DNA from: Mytilus edulis
Taxonomy: Eukaryota
Reading direction: 5' to 3'
Length of the DNA stretch: 64,000 nucleotides
Assembly: GCF_963676685.1 (NCBI RefSeq)
Contig: NC_092350.1
Coordinates: forward strand, 6,696,001 to 6,760,000
Part shown: positions 50,681-62,925 of the stretch, piece after piece
Layout: the number at the start of each line of letters is the position of its first letter
How positions within the stretch are numbered: the first letter of the stretch is position 1
Notes under the pieces: generated by a model
Database searches by the model: none
What the model was told of the DNA's origin: nothing
Seen by the model: the letters and a program-made list of their open reading frames with translations, nothing else
Program-made: the position numbers and the translations under genes

Positions 50681-52048
50681 ACCAGAATGTCATGGAAAAC
50701 TTATTATTTCCTTGGTTTACGGATTTTTTTTTTGAAGCACAGTTTTCAATTCGTTACCGTTGACTTGAATCAAATGTAAGAATATATAAACCAAAGGAAA
50801 TATTTGAAAAGTATTGTCATATTCGAAACTTAGCACAGACCAAAGTTAATGTGGGTGTTATCTGTTTCAACAAGAGAAATCATTTATTTGCAGTACAGCT
50901 ATTTGAATGTCAGTCATATTGGGTAAGCAAACCAGACAGAAGTAGTTAGTAAAGCTAGCAAGTACTAAGCTATGTAAAAATAAATCACAAAATACACAAC
51001 AACAAAAAAAATTCAAATAAACATACAAATAACACTGAAAAAGAAGCACAACAAACAACAACAAAAAACACCAAACAACACACACACATTACTGTACTTT
51101 ATTGTTAATCTAAAAACAACGCCAACACAAATTATTGTTTTCTAGATCACAGTGCATACAGTATTTTAAACTATAATGACGTACTAGCATACATTTTCTG
51201 GATAGAGTAAATATATAAATACACATGAAAGCAAAAATAAACACAACACTGCAAAACACATCCTGTGTCCAAATCGTCACGGCACGTCAGACATAAATAG
51301 CAATATGATTTCTTATCGTTTCTACTCTAAAATGATGTGAACAGATTTCATGATTTATTTCTGAGTTTATAGAATGCAATTTGTGTGTCAAAAAGATGTA
51401 TAAAAAGAATTCGTTGTCATGAAAAGATGAAGTCATAATTTTTCTTTTAATGAAATAATCATGCAAACTACAATGCAATGTTTTTGTTCGTTATCGGGCG
51501 TTTAAACGTTTTCCCGTAGTTTTGTCCTTTGAAATTCATTTGTAAATGCAACAGTTTATCTGAAATGTTCTTTGATGTGCTTCTTTGGAGTTAGTTTCAT
51601 ATAGAAACATAATGCAAATATATATAGTTGTTTGAGATGGATAATTTAATTCATCAAAGACACATAATGTAATCAAACCGTAAAAATCTACTTGCAACTC
51701 TTGTAGGCGATACAATTTAATTTGTTTTTTAAAATTAAAATTGTGTGATCACAGTCTAATTATACTTAATAATATCAGAGTTATCAAATGGTCTTTGCTT
51801 GGTTGAAATATCCCAAAAACTCATTTGTCATTTATAATGATATAATAGGGAATTCAGAATATTGGTTAATGTCATATTCTAAATTATATTTTTCCCTTTT
51901 GCAGTTGTTTTTCAAAGTTGATGCAAGCAACACACTTATCCTTTACTTAACTTTGAAATTAATTGAATGATTGCTCAGTTAAATACAACTCTTTTGGCTT
52001 TTCTATCTTAGGAAAAGATTACCTTAGCTGTGTTTGGTAAAACTGATA

Positions 52049-52494
52049 GGTTGCATTTCTGTAAATATTGACCATGCAATGTCCTATAGGAACTCATTTT
52101 ACAGCTAAACCTGTTACACTTTTACAATGAATTTTTGAAAAAATCATATCCTAGAATCGAAAGTTCTTATGCACGACAATTGTTTTCAAAGGTAAAAATA
52201 TAGAGCTGTGTTGCATATTGTCTTCAGTTATATGCCCTGTACTTCCCAGAGTTTAAACTAACACTAATTTTCTTAACTGCCCCTACTGGACTATAGGGGT
52301 ACTACATATTTCAATATAAACAATAAACACATGCATACTCACTGGTAATATTCCCAAGTTATGTCTCTGTGAGATGCAACACAGAGAACATAACTGGGAA
52401 ACAGTATGTAAACAAAATTAATTTTCTATGAATATTCAAGTTCTCCCGAAAATAGGCGTGGTTTGAGAAACAGCAGTATTTACAAAGTGCAACC
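52049..52494. mobile_element. TA-flanked MITE inserted in the hammerhead-bearing repeat
   Basis: Imperfect TIR GGTTGCATTTCTGTAAATA / TATTTACAAAGTGCAACC with TA on each side. Confidence 0.65.
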
Positions 52495-52569
52495 TATAGT
52501 AAGTTTTGGTCCTCAATGCTATTTAACTTTGTACTTTATTTGGCCTTTTTAACAATTTTTGATTCGAAT

Positions 52570-52609
52570 GTCACTGATGAGTCTTTTGTAGACGAAACGC
52601 GCGTCTGGC
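52570..52609 (+). ncRNA. Minimal type-I hammerhead ribozyme (Penelope-associated)
   Basis: Stem I GUCA/UGGC, CUGAUGA, stem II GUCU-uuugu-AGAC, GAAA, palindromic stem III CGCGCG, cleavage triplet GUC (cut after 52605). Confidence 0.88.
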
Positions 52610-52820
52610 TAAAATATAAAATTCAATCCTGGTAATTATGAGTTTATTTGAAACTTTATTTTTTTTACTACAGATGGGTGCGGTCCTAACCTTGACAAAA
52701 GTTAACTTAGCGTTAATTTGTTGACTGCTCTTTAAGTTAACTTGAGAATTTTTAAGCAGACCAGCAAGTTAACTTCGTCTACGGTGGACCAGACCTACGG
52801 TCCGCTTTTTATGACTGCTG

Positions 52821-53007
52821 CAGACCTATTGACGGGTCTGTTCCAGACCAGACCTGTGGACAAGTCTGCTTTTGACCAGTCCTGAGGACAGGTCTGTCCC
52901 AGACCAGACCTGTGGACAGGTCTGCTCCTGACCAGACCTGTGAACAGGTCTGCTTCTGACCAGACATGTCGACAGGTCTGCTTCTCACCAGACCTGTGGA
53001 CAAGCTA
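52821..53007. repeat. 28-bp minisatellite with internal 20-bp palindrome
   Basis: About 6.7 units of CAGACCTGTGGACAGGTCTG + 8 nt. Confidence 0.9.
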
Positions 53008-55929
53008 TTGACCAGAAAGGGGGACAAGTCTGCTTATGAAATGTTATCGTTTTCGACTTTTCATATCAGACTTGAGCTTTATTAAAATATGTATAAACAA
53101 CATTCGCATTGTTCTTCCCAGGACGCTTCTTTACTCGCTATACTCTACTAGACATTATTCATAACAACACAATTCTTTCTTTTTTTTTATTTTAAATATT
53201 CTTATATACATTAGTCAATTTAATAGAGCTATCATGGAATTGTATTTCCTATTTGCGTCTTCCACCTGTTCCTCACTGTCTGCAACAAAAAATATGTTAT
53301 GCTCAACTATCGCTTCCGGGCAATGGGAGAACTTACGAGGGCTGTAACGCCAGTTAAGGACGTTAAAACTTCCATTATCATTTCATATTCTATAGTTTTA
53401 AAAACCAATGTAAAACGCAATGAACTTTGTCTTTAATTTAAAAGCTATGTGAAATTGTGCTAGCAACTTTTGCTAATACATGTAATCTAATACCAAATGC
53501 TTTAGGCATAACTAGTAACTTCATCAACTGTCGTAAATTCCAAACGGATAAAAGTTTGATTAAAAGTGATAAAAACATTTTCCAATACAATATGACAACA
53601 ATGTGCAAGCACGTCTATGACCAGCAGGGTCCAGAGGAACTATTAGTTTCTTTACAACAATTTTGTTTTTAAAGCATTAGAATCTAAATCTATCAATTTC
53701 GTTTTTAAATTTGAGACATGCTCATAATAAAGAGTTACGCAGTTATACCATATAGTAATTACATTGATTTTATCATTTTGTCTCGAAGAAAATATGTATT
53801 CAATGATAAGGTGTTGTATTCCAGACAAATCGTTAACTGAAAATGTGATATGCAGCTGCGATAAAGAAACTTTTCTTTAAAACGCATATCAAAAGTGAAT
53901 GTCCTACTGCGTTGTTCTATACTAGTGAATCGTTAAAAGTGTGCGAATGCTGATAGTAGATTTAAATAAATACAATGATTCGTATTTCAAGATGTATTCA
54001 ATGTTTTTGTACATGCAAGATTTATATCAAGCTTTTGAAAGATAGAGTATGTAATGTGGAATCATGAATCTCTTTATGGAGAGGAAGAAGAAACTTAAAT
54101 AGATATGTAATCGAAAACGAACTTACAAAGTCATGGCAAAAAAAAAAAAGTCTAACAACAGTATTCAACACTTATCATAAACAACTAAAGAAAAAGGAAC
54201 ACGATACTTATTCAACACCACGGTGATCCCAGATGCTTCAAAAGGGTAAGCAGATTTTGTTTCCCATGTGACACCCGTCGTGGAATTCTATAACATAAGT
54301 TTTATCGGGAAATTAACTTCAAACAAAAGAGTATTGGTAATAGACTTCAGTTTATATCAGGCATTATCAAATTCGACGGTCATAAAATTGTTCACACCCT
54401 TCAACTTGACCAAGTGTAAAATGACAGACATGAAATGCGAAAAAAACTGAAAAGTCTATAGTTGTAAAGGATGTTTTTGTTCATAACTTTTATAAAAAGC
54501 ATTGCTCACTGTGAAAATGTTTACTCTCCTAACCTCTACGAGGACAACAAGAGCTCTTACCAAAGACCAGAATGCACTTTCGTCATTTATCACTGTTCTT
54601 ATCCTGATTAGATTCTTAGCATTCAATGCGATTTACAGTTCTGTCTTATATCAGATCATTATCTTCCATGAGCATCCGAGCTCACTCACGGTTTTGTGGC
54701 CAAAATATTCTGTGTTGTGTTTTATAAACTGTTCGTCTTTTTATCGTTTTTTGTTGTTTGTCCTTGTTGTTTTTAATTGGTGTTCGACCTATTAGTTAAA
54801 ATAGGCTTTGATATTTTTGCCTATCGTTTGTAGTTCCTTCCTACAACATATAATATAGTTATACCTTAGAGACGATCCTGACAGTTCTATCATAAATAAA
54901 TATAAACAGATCTACAGTTCTTAACAGATTCTTATGTAGAAAGTCATAACTGATCTCAAATAAACCTGCTATAATGAGTAAAAATTATGTAACCACATGT
55001 ATCAAACTCCAATGTAAATTATGAAAGAGATAGCATATAAGAAAATAAAACATAAACCATAAAACATATTAAAAGTTATGGCTATAATTTTTGGACCTTT
55101 TGGATTATATCTCTTCGTCTTTTATATAAGCTTTGGATTTCAAATACTTTGGGCCCCGATCATCACTTAAGAGACATGTATTGTCGGAATGCGCTTCTGG
55201 TACCGTTAATGTTATTTCAGTCTATCAAAAGATACAGTCTATCAAACAACGGAACGTACGTATGGAATGAAAACATCTGATGGGTTAAACCAGTTTTTAT
55301 CGTTAGCTAAATCTTCTATTTGTGTGACAGTTGTATAATTTAAAACGTGTTGTTTAGTCATTAGTTTTCTATGGTGTGGCTTGTGCTCTTTTATTTGCAC
55401 ATGTCTGTTTGTCTTATTCTTTTTTAAGCCATGGCGTTGTCAGTTTATTTTCTATCTATGAGTTTTTCTGTCCCTCTAGTATCTTTCGTCCCTCCTTTTT
55501 ATAAAGTATCAAAATAAATGCAAGAACCATGATTCCGGATTTCTGGTGTTTTCGTTTAGCGTGAAATACACAAATAAGTAATACAAACATAAATTATGAT
55601 TTCATTAACAACTGAATCGTCCGTCCCAAGACCAGAATGTCATGGACAAATATTCCTATCCTTGGTTAGCTGACGCTTTATGTCGAAGTACAGTTTTCAA
55701 TTCGTTATCGTTGAACTGAATTAAATGTAAGAAGATTTAAACTATTGAAAAAGGATTGCCATATTCCTGACTAAGAAGTAGTTTTATTGAACAAAGAACT
55801 TAGCTGTGTAATCATAAATCACAAGAATACAACAAAATTGACAAGTAAATTCAAGCAAACATACAACTCAAACTGACAAAGAATAAACAAAACAAAATAA
55901 GATTCTTGTGCTTAAAAATATTTCGCTAA

Positions 55930-56790
55930 AGGGGCACTAGCTGTCAAATTCGTGGTCACCGATTTGACTCAAATTCTCATATTTGCTTTATAATAGTGTA
56001 AAACATTTATCTAAACTACCAAAAGTCTAAAATAAACAGTTTACAAAGCATGGGGTATATAACATGAAGGTTCGTTTCGTGTGTATTTTAGTCCAGACGC
56101 CATCTAATTAACTATCGATTTGACCTCAGATGACCATATAAGCGATGTAAACATGAATGCAGATATAAATAAATTAAACCAACACGTGCAATTGGATTTT
56201 TTTTAGGTCTGTTTGAGTTTATTTTATAGATTAAAAATATAGTTTCTCATTGTTTTAACCGTTTAAGAATGATTTTATATGGATCGAATCAGTATTCAAA
56301 TGATTTACCGTAGTTTCACTTTCATTGTTGACATTCTTTTTCTTTAAATAACCAGTACACGTACAATGCATGCGTTGTCAATATCTAGCAAGGGGTTAAA
56401 TTGAAGTTCACATGAATACGGATCAAATGAGGTCGACTAATTCACGCTTTTATTAAGAAAATTGCTTGTTTATTCTAAAATATTTACCATTATTATTGTA
56501 TTTCTATGCGTTTAGATAGTACTGCATGCTCATTTCGTCATTCAATTGTTTATGTATTATACTTTGACCTCATGTTACACATTTATGTGTCTGAGCGTTA
56601 TCAATAAATCTTGAAATCTTGAATCTTGCAAGTGAATGAGTAATTATCAATGTTTCTTCGCTTAATTTGACAAAATTGAACCATTTTGGCTGCTAAAAGC
56701 GAATAAGTATTTCACTATTTCACTTAAATTATTGATTGAACAAAAAAAAAATCCTTTAGTTTCTTTATATATCTCGTAGCTAGTGCCCCT
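55930..56790. mobile_element. Kolobok-like MITE, second copy, with a nested ~180-bp LINE tail (~56446-56625)
   Basis: Reverse complement of 45534-46214. The extra insert ends in AATAAATCTTGAAATCTTGAATCTTG. Confidence 0.88.
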
Positions 56791-59664
56791 TTAAACAACG
56801 CCAACGATTTATTTTTAAACGATATTGCAAACAGTATATTTAACTGTAATACTGTACTGGCATTGACTTTCCAGATAAAGTACATACATAGAAATACTCA
56901 TGTAAAAAAATTCTCAACACTACAAAACAATTCTTGCGTTCAAAACGGACATCTGGACCGTCAAGTCAGGAATAAATAACTTCCTGTTCAGTTTTAAAAA
57001 ATTAGAAAGATTCCATAATTTATTTCGAACTTTATAGAATGTCTTTGCGTGTCAAAGGGAGGTTTAAAAATAATTCGTTGTCATCAAAGGTGAAGTTATA
57101 AATACTCACTTAATTAGGTAATCATGCACACTTCAATTTATCATTGTTTGTTCTTTATCTGTCGTTTCATCGTTTTCTCGTAGTTTTGTCCTTTGAAATT
57201 CCTTTGTGAATACAACAGTTTATGACTATCTGAAATGTTCTTTCATGTGAAAGGGACCTATTTTCATATCAAAACAATAAAGCAAACTGATATTGTTGTT
57301 AAGATTGATCGTTTGATTTATCACACACACATTATGTAATCAAACAATCAAAACGCTAATTTTCACTCTTACAATTTAATTTATTTTACAATTTGAAATT
57401 CCGAGATCACATCATAAAGATACTTAATAAAATCAGAGTTATCAAATGTTCTATGTTTGGTTTGAAATACCCTCGAAATCATTTTTCATTCATAAATACA
57501 TTGTTTAACAATGTTTAATGTCATATTCTAAATTAGATTTTGCCATTTCTAAGTCGCTTTTTAAAAGGCGGTGCAAACAGGTCAATTACTTTTTGCTTCA
57601 TTTTGAGATTATTGATTGCGCATGCTCAAATAAATACAACTCATTTGTAACTTTTATTATTTAAAATAAAATAAAACATGTGTTACAAAACAAAATGAGA
57701 TCCTTAGACAAGAAACACATTTACTAAAAGTGCTGGTTTTTCATATTGATTTTCAAACCATTTGAATTTAGCTTAAAAAGCAAAAAACATCGATACGTAG
57801 ATCTAACACTAAATCGGGAATAAGTATTTAAAAAAAGAATGCCAAATATCACAACATTCACAATAACCAGTAGACAAAGAAATTTAAGACTTAAAATTAA
57901 ATTTGAAGGAAAAAATCTATATTCTTAATAGTTTTTATATAATAAACATTTGAGTGATCTTCCATTATAATGAATTATGGTGTTTGCTATGCTTAATAAG
58001 AGAATAATTTTATGGTCAAGTTAACAATGTTTACCATCCTCTCTTTATTATAAGTCTTTAATAATCAATACTGATCAACCTAATGTCTGTATTAAGAAAG
58101 ATAACTTGGATTTTTTCACACATACTTTGTAACGCAAATCGTGTATAGTGTGCTTTATTTTCGAGATAGATAATGAAGCGAATACACTGGCAATTTTAAT
58201 TTGTAATGTTCATTATGAGAAATAAAATACTCTTCTATACACAAACTGTAATGTGCATTCAACAGCGACATTTTCTCTGATATAATGCTACCAAATGCTT
58301 CAATATCGTAAGAACCAATTTTACAAAAGAAGATGTTTCTGAACATGTTTTATAAAATGCACGTGTTCTTTATTATGGTGTGGTATATACGATATGAGTT
58401 ATATGTAAATTAACCTATTCAGAAACCTTTGATCACATTATTGATACAACAGTAACCTTATTACAGTAGATATGGTAAAGTGATTTGTTGCAGACTAGAA
58501 CATACGACTTTCAGTAAATACTCATTTTTCTTTTACCTTTGTCATGTGTGGTTTGCGAATGCGTATACCAACACATTTGATGACTATTACATAAATTTGT
58601 AATTTCATTTGTTTTTCTTTTTTTGAGAAATTTGGTTACGTAAGTAAGTCATTTTAAGCCTTGTAACTTGCGTAAACCCTAAGTATCAACAAAAACGTCT
58701 GCTCCTTGAAATCAGACATATGTTTACATTTCATAAATTAAGGTTCTGACTAAAAACATTAATGACCCAGGGCTCTGTAAAAGTACTTTGCGTCCCTTTT
58801 CACTAACACCAAGACCTAACGGAAAAATATTCAGAGTCTACTTAACAAAATATACAACATGATCTTGAGGTATAATCTATAAGTCCTGTATCTGTAAAGT
58901 ATCCGTAATATAGAAAACAACCATTGTGATTGGATCCATTGGCTCTGAGAAAAGTCCCGGAAAAAATTAGGTGGACGAATACTTATAAGAAGAATAGGGA
59001 AAAAGAAACAGGAAAACCAATATGTGTATCACCGCACATTGTCGATCGGGTGACGTAATAAACAAAAGGATTTACCCTTCAGCTAACTCTATTGTAAACA
59101 TGTTTTGAGCTTTCTTTCTTTATACGGATATTTATCAGATATTTGTTTTTCTTTTTGTATCAATTTATAACTTGAAAAAGAGTGACTAATTTTCTTTATA
59201 TACCCCAGGCGCGTGTTTCGTCTACAGAAGACTTATCAGTGACGCTCGAATCCAATAAAGTTTAAAAGGCCAAATAAAGTACGAAGTTGACGAGCATTGA
59301 GGACCAAAATTCCTAAAAGTGTTGCCAAATCCAGCTAAGGTAATCTATGCCTGCGGTAGAAAAGCCTTAGTATTTAGCGACTTATATATTGCATTTACTA
59401 CAAATATCTTCCTCATTATATTATAATCGAGAGCAAATAGTTTGATTGTATATTTAACAGAAAACAACATCGCGATTTGTTAATACTTCAGTTTACTTGT
59501 CTCTATTGTAAAACTTTTTTTTTTCTGCTATCAAAAACAAGATTATCTATGAAATCAAGAAAAAGTCCGTGTCCTCTCTTTCAGGCTTTGAGTTGAAATG
59601 TTGTAAATCATTTTGGTGGCCCATGAAATCGCTGCATAAAAGGGTTTGTTGTTTTGTTTGTTAA

Positions 59665-59971
59665 TCAACATCTAGGTGCGAATACAGTGCATATTCTATT
59701 GTACGGAATAAAACTTTTCCTGCCTCTCAAATTTATATGTGATAAATTGCAGGATATGTACCGTCTACAACCGGGACTGTCTTTGACAGTCTTGCCATCA
59801 TACTTGTAAGAACAAACACACGTTATGCGAAGGCCAATCCAAATGAGAAAATATCTCCCACAAAAACGGTATTGTACCATCGATTTTTTGGGACATAAAA
59901 TATGACGAAACATAAAACAACAACAAAAAAAATCGAATAACACGAATACAATTCTTGGAGACCAGTTGCAT
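59665..59971 (-). pseudogene. Small secreted chitin-binding (ChtBD2/CBM14, peritrophin-A-like) protein gene, frameshifted
   Basis: MQLVSKNCIRVIRFFLLLFYVSSYFMSQKIDG (signal-like), then a frameshift into VCSYKYDGKTVKDSPGCRRYISC...(*EAGKV in a shifted frame)...FIPYNRICTVFAPRC*. The Cys spacing resembles CBM14. Confidence 0.55.
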
Positions 59972-61245
59972 ATCACCGCGTACACTAGCAAGTGCAAAAG
60001 ATTTTAAAGGCTTTTGGAATTGACAAAATATGAATCTGATTCTGATTAAGATGAACAGAATATTCTTGTATATGACTCTTTTTTGTTTGTTAATATATTT
60101 CTATGCCATAAATACAGGAGTCATAATTCATGACAATAAGTTTTAGTCCGTTTCTCTGATCTTCAAACATTATTGTCGAGTTGAATATAGGGGTGAGTAC
60201 CGGGGGTTGTAACTCCCCTTTGTCTTCCGATTTTCTTTGATTTTCAATTATATGATCGTATCATGGTGTTCAAATTTGAAGGATCCGAGCACATTCAACG
60301 ATTTAAGCTACGGATGCGATCCGACATCATATGTGGAAATCTATATTAGTCCTGGATTTCCGTATTGTACCCATAGTCATACGTAGTAGTACTTGTACAA
60401 TGTATATTCTTGACAATTATTGAGCACGGGCAAAAAATTGAATACGGATAAAAAAAACCGTAGTAAACCTTACTTAACCGTACAAGACACGTGTCGGTGC
60501 GTAATTAACTGTGTATTTTCCGTATCAAACCGTGTCTCATCGTAGGAGTCCATATCACTCATGTGGCGCCCGTGTTTTTCATTATCCGTAGAAGTACGTG
60601 AAAACCCGTCGTCATACCATTGTGCATCCGTATCTAATTACTGAAACTGCCTTTCCGGGATTATCCATGAGATTTAATCCGTAGTGTATCCGGTGAGGTT
60701 ATCCTTGAATTTGTGACCTATGCATACTAAAAATGTCTCAACTATAGACTATCGAATCTCAATTGTCAACAATAGATATTTATCTCAAATGTCTATTATA
60801 CTTATATATTATGTCCCAGATTTAAATAATCCATGTGTATAGTTTGTTTAACTGTGTAGCTGATTCTGAGATTCTAATTAAATTTATGTCTTACACTAGT
60901 ATATACTAGATAGACAGAAACTTAAATGAACGGAAATGATCAATAATATAAAAAAGAAGATGTGGTATGATTGCCAATAAGACAATTATCCACAAAAGAC
61001 CAAAACGAATAAGTCCAGATCTTTTTTTCTTGCATTTTGCATTAAGGATTTTTTTACTCTCTTTTGTGTTTAAGCAAAATCTGAAGAAGATAGATAGAAA
61101 CAGACCAAATGATTAGTAATACTAGATTAACAAAACAGTCAATTTTGTCATGTATTTTTTATTATGGTCTCCATTGTTGGAGAACGTTTTGCGTCAAAAT
61201 GACCTTATATATTATCAATGGCATACTAGTTTATTAGATTAAATA

Positions 61246-62925
61246 TTAGAAATACAAACCCTTACATTTTTCTTTATATAATTTTGATTTAGCAAAATAA
61301 AATCGAGCCTCTTTCGGCTTTCCAAGGATCACCAAAGCTGTTGCTAAACAATGGTTGGCTTCACCGAGAGCACATTCATGCTCTTCACGATGTGTTCTGG
61401 ATACGGATAACCGAAGGTCTTCAATCGCTTGCATACATTGAAAATCTTCCTGTAATAGATATAAACAGAGAAACCTTAGGAAATAAATATATACTCTCGA
61501 AGGTATGTACGCTAGTGTGGTAGGCTGTACAACCAGTTCTGGAGGAATAACTGGAGAATTATAATAAAAAGATATCTCATTTACCAAATGATACTTATAA
61601 ACATGTCTCCTTTTCCATATCTTCTGTCGAATTCCTTCTTTCTCAATCGCAGAAATATTACTGGAAGTTAATGTACATTTTGCGTTGAACAACTTGTCAT
61701 TGGTACATTCATTCCAAGCATGGAATATAAGTTTAAGAGACGTTATGTAATGACCAAAACAATAATAACATGTTGCTCAATACATCCAACATGCAACTGA
61801 ATCCGTATGAAGTCCCATAAAAAGGTATTGCAAAAATTGCTTCAATAGTTTATATCTATACATGTTAGGACATTTTGAGTGACTATCCATACTTTTACCT
61901 ATAAGCTGACAAAACCAACAAAAAGCAATAAATGGTATGAATCCATTGGGTCTGATCTTCAACATTCTCTTGATAAATACTTTTCCATTTTCAATTGTGC
62001 GGACGGTGTTCCTAAGATACCGAAAATTCCTATAATCCGGAAATATGACCGTGAATTCATTCGAACTATTGCATTTAATGAACAGCAAACAACTTCTGTA
62101 TCAGACATCTTTGGTGCAAGTGGGATGCGGTTGAAGAAGTTTGACAGCAAACGGCAATTCCTTAAGCACATTATTCCGTTTGAATACAGTTCATTCAGAA
62201 ATAGTAAAAAATCCTGATGTTGTTGTCGGTTAAATCTACAATCAAACACATTGTTTTCGATTATAAAATAATGAGGAAGATATTTGTAGTATACACAATG
62301 TATGAGTCTCTTAAAACATTTCATAAAAACTGGCCATGTATTTATTGGTCGCCATATAGATTGCTGAGACTCCTCTGACACCCAGAACAGTACCGTTTTC
62401 AAGAAATAAGAACATAGTAAGCCATTAAATTTCTCTTTTGTGTCAATGACTTGCTTTAACATAAGTTTCAAAAGAGCATAACATAAAAACTGAGTATGCG
62501 TAAACGTAAATATCAGATGTTTTTCAGCGACGGAAAAAGACATTCTCCATTCTAAATGTTCATTTTGCGAATTCTTAGAACCTATTGGTACTACTAAAGT
62601 ACCATAACTGCATATAGTTGACACCAATTTCGGAGAAGGCCAAAAACGTTCTCTTTGAATCCATGGTTATGCTTGTTGAATAAAAACTGGACATCGCAGA
62701 CAAATAGTGATATCACTAAATCCTCCCGACATTACGTCTATATCACTCTCCATTTCTAAGCCTTCTGCTCTGCTGTCACTAATAACTAGTGATAAGTCAT
62801 TTTTTTTCTGTCAAATAATCTACTGTCGCATAGAATTGTCGTCTTACTTTAACAACCTCCTCCGATCCTATTGTTTCACACAAACAATAACAGAGTTGTT
62901 TGCAAATGTTTTTGTCCGTTTCCAT
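61246..62925 (-). pseudogene. Mab-21 / cGAS-like receptor (cGLR) nucleotidyltransferase, disrupted
   Basis: Acceptor TTTTACAG then METDKNICKQLCYCLCETIGSEEVVKVRR. NTase motif ISDSRAEGLEMESDIDVM; WPSPKLV; VVPIGS...EWRMSFSVAEKHL; CYALLK; LCSYFLKTVLFW; LPHYFIIENNVF; helical/TPR-like C-terminus. Several frameshifts and in-frame stops. Confidence 0.9.

Larger units (their letters stand above)
45130..57660. repeat. Tandem segmental duplication family B (two units)
   Basis: Collinear blocks: 45135-45500 / 53265-53640; 47050-47400 / 53710-54045 (partial third copy 46250-46360); 47700-47835 / 54845-54960; 47890-47914+50686-50830 / 55610-55772; 51110-52000 / 56791-57660. Confidence 0.9.

Noticed and set aside
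52821-53007. CRISPR-like palindromic repeat array
   Set aside because: Linkers are only 8 nt and similar to each other, there are no cas genes, and the context is eukaryotic.
59724-59740. TGA at the fourth Cys of the chitin-binding domain as selenocysteine
   Set aside because: It is flanked by frameshifts and no SECIS was seen downstream; ordinary nonsense decay is simpler.
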